Of a DNA stretch of 64,000 nt, positions 63,643 through 64,000 are shown in pieces. The stretch covers positions 62,001-126,000 of the forward strand of contig MCFE01000105.1 in NCBI GenBank assembly GCA_002104905.1, read 5' to 3'. The position numbers and the translations under genes are program-made. The notes under the pieces were generated by a model. The model was not told the DNA's origin. It saw only the letters and a list, made by a program, of their open reading frames with translations, and did no database searches. The number at the start of each line of letters is the position of its first letter. The stretch's first letter is position 1. The DNA comes from Basidiobolus meristosporus CBS 931.73 (lineage: Eukaryota > Fungi > Basidiobolomycota).

Positions 63643-64000
63643 ATGGTGGAGGACATGACAGTTACGGGTTATTCAAGTCAAAACACCGACGTTTTCGAAG
63701 AGGCGGACAGTCAACGAGAGGAGTATATCGACGTCACCCCATATTTTCATATCGTCGATGCCTTCGAAGTGCCTCGTTGGAAATACAATTTTGCTAGAAA
63801 GAACTTCTCTTCGTAAGACTTTCCTACTATCAGGACGGTGTTGAGTTTTTGTTTACGACTTCTTCATAAACAGACATCCCGACGCACCTCAACTTTTCGC
63901 CACCGCTGCAAACAAGGCATTGTTATTCAGAGATAGACACGATTTGTTGAGGCAGCGGATACTTAGGAACGAAAACTTTGTTCCACCAGCGTTTTCTAAT
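63643..64000 (+). CDS. DPB2: DNA polymerase epsilon subunit B (Dpb2/POLE2), partial, runs off window
   Basis: FHIVDAFEVPRWKYNFARKNFS| intron |SHPDAPQLF..KALLFRDRHDLLRQRILRNENFVPP matches remembered POLE2/Dpb2 motifs; true 5' end unresolved. Confidence 0.8.

Noticed and set aside
28150-64000. tRNA, rRNA or snoRNA genes, including snoRNAs in NOP1/YRB1 introns
   Set aside because: No cloverleaf, A/B-box or paired C/D boxes found by eye, and the introns are too short (~50-90 nt). tRNAscan-SE and Infernal would be decisive.

Overview
Eukaryotic (fungal) genomic DNA with two sharply different halves. Bases 1 to ~28,150 are a gene-free, AT-rich, almost CpG-free island of nested, decayed transposons. 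It holds a Ty3/gypsy remnant, two Ty1/copia families with Ty5/copia-type half-tRNAiMet primer sites (family A has 10 LTR copies, repeatedly inserted into itself), and two CACTA/CMC DNA transposon copies. Bases ~28,150-34,450 are a CpG-normal, gene-poor buffer with a frameshifted NmrA-like gene and a kinase-like remnant. Bases 34,498-64,000 are a dense, intron-rich gene region: two C2H2 zinc-finger factors, a PX-PH-RhoGAP, an omega-like GST, YNG2/ING, an intronless bacterial-type GltP symporter, a group I G-alpha, an M13 peptidase, an F-box/LRR protein, YRB1, NOP1, EMP24, a variant GATA+PHD protein and the start of DPB2. The gene content suggests a non-Dikarya, zygomycete-grade fungus (inference only). 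Top leads: (1) the island may be a Ty5-like centromeric/heterochromatic cluster, and its dominant integrase carries LISSPP, resembling the Ty5 LDSSPP targeting motif; (2) a candidate horizontally acquired proton/glutamate symporter; (3) a His-substituted GATA finger fused to a PHD finger. All coordinates and comparisons were read by eye, with no database searches.
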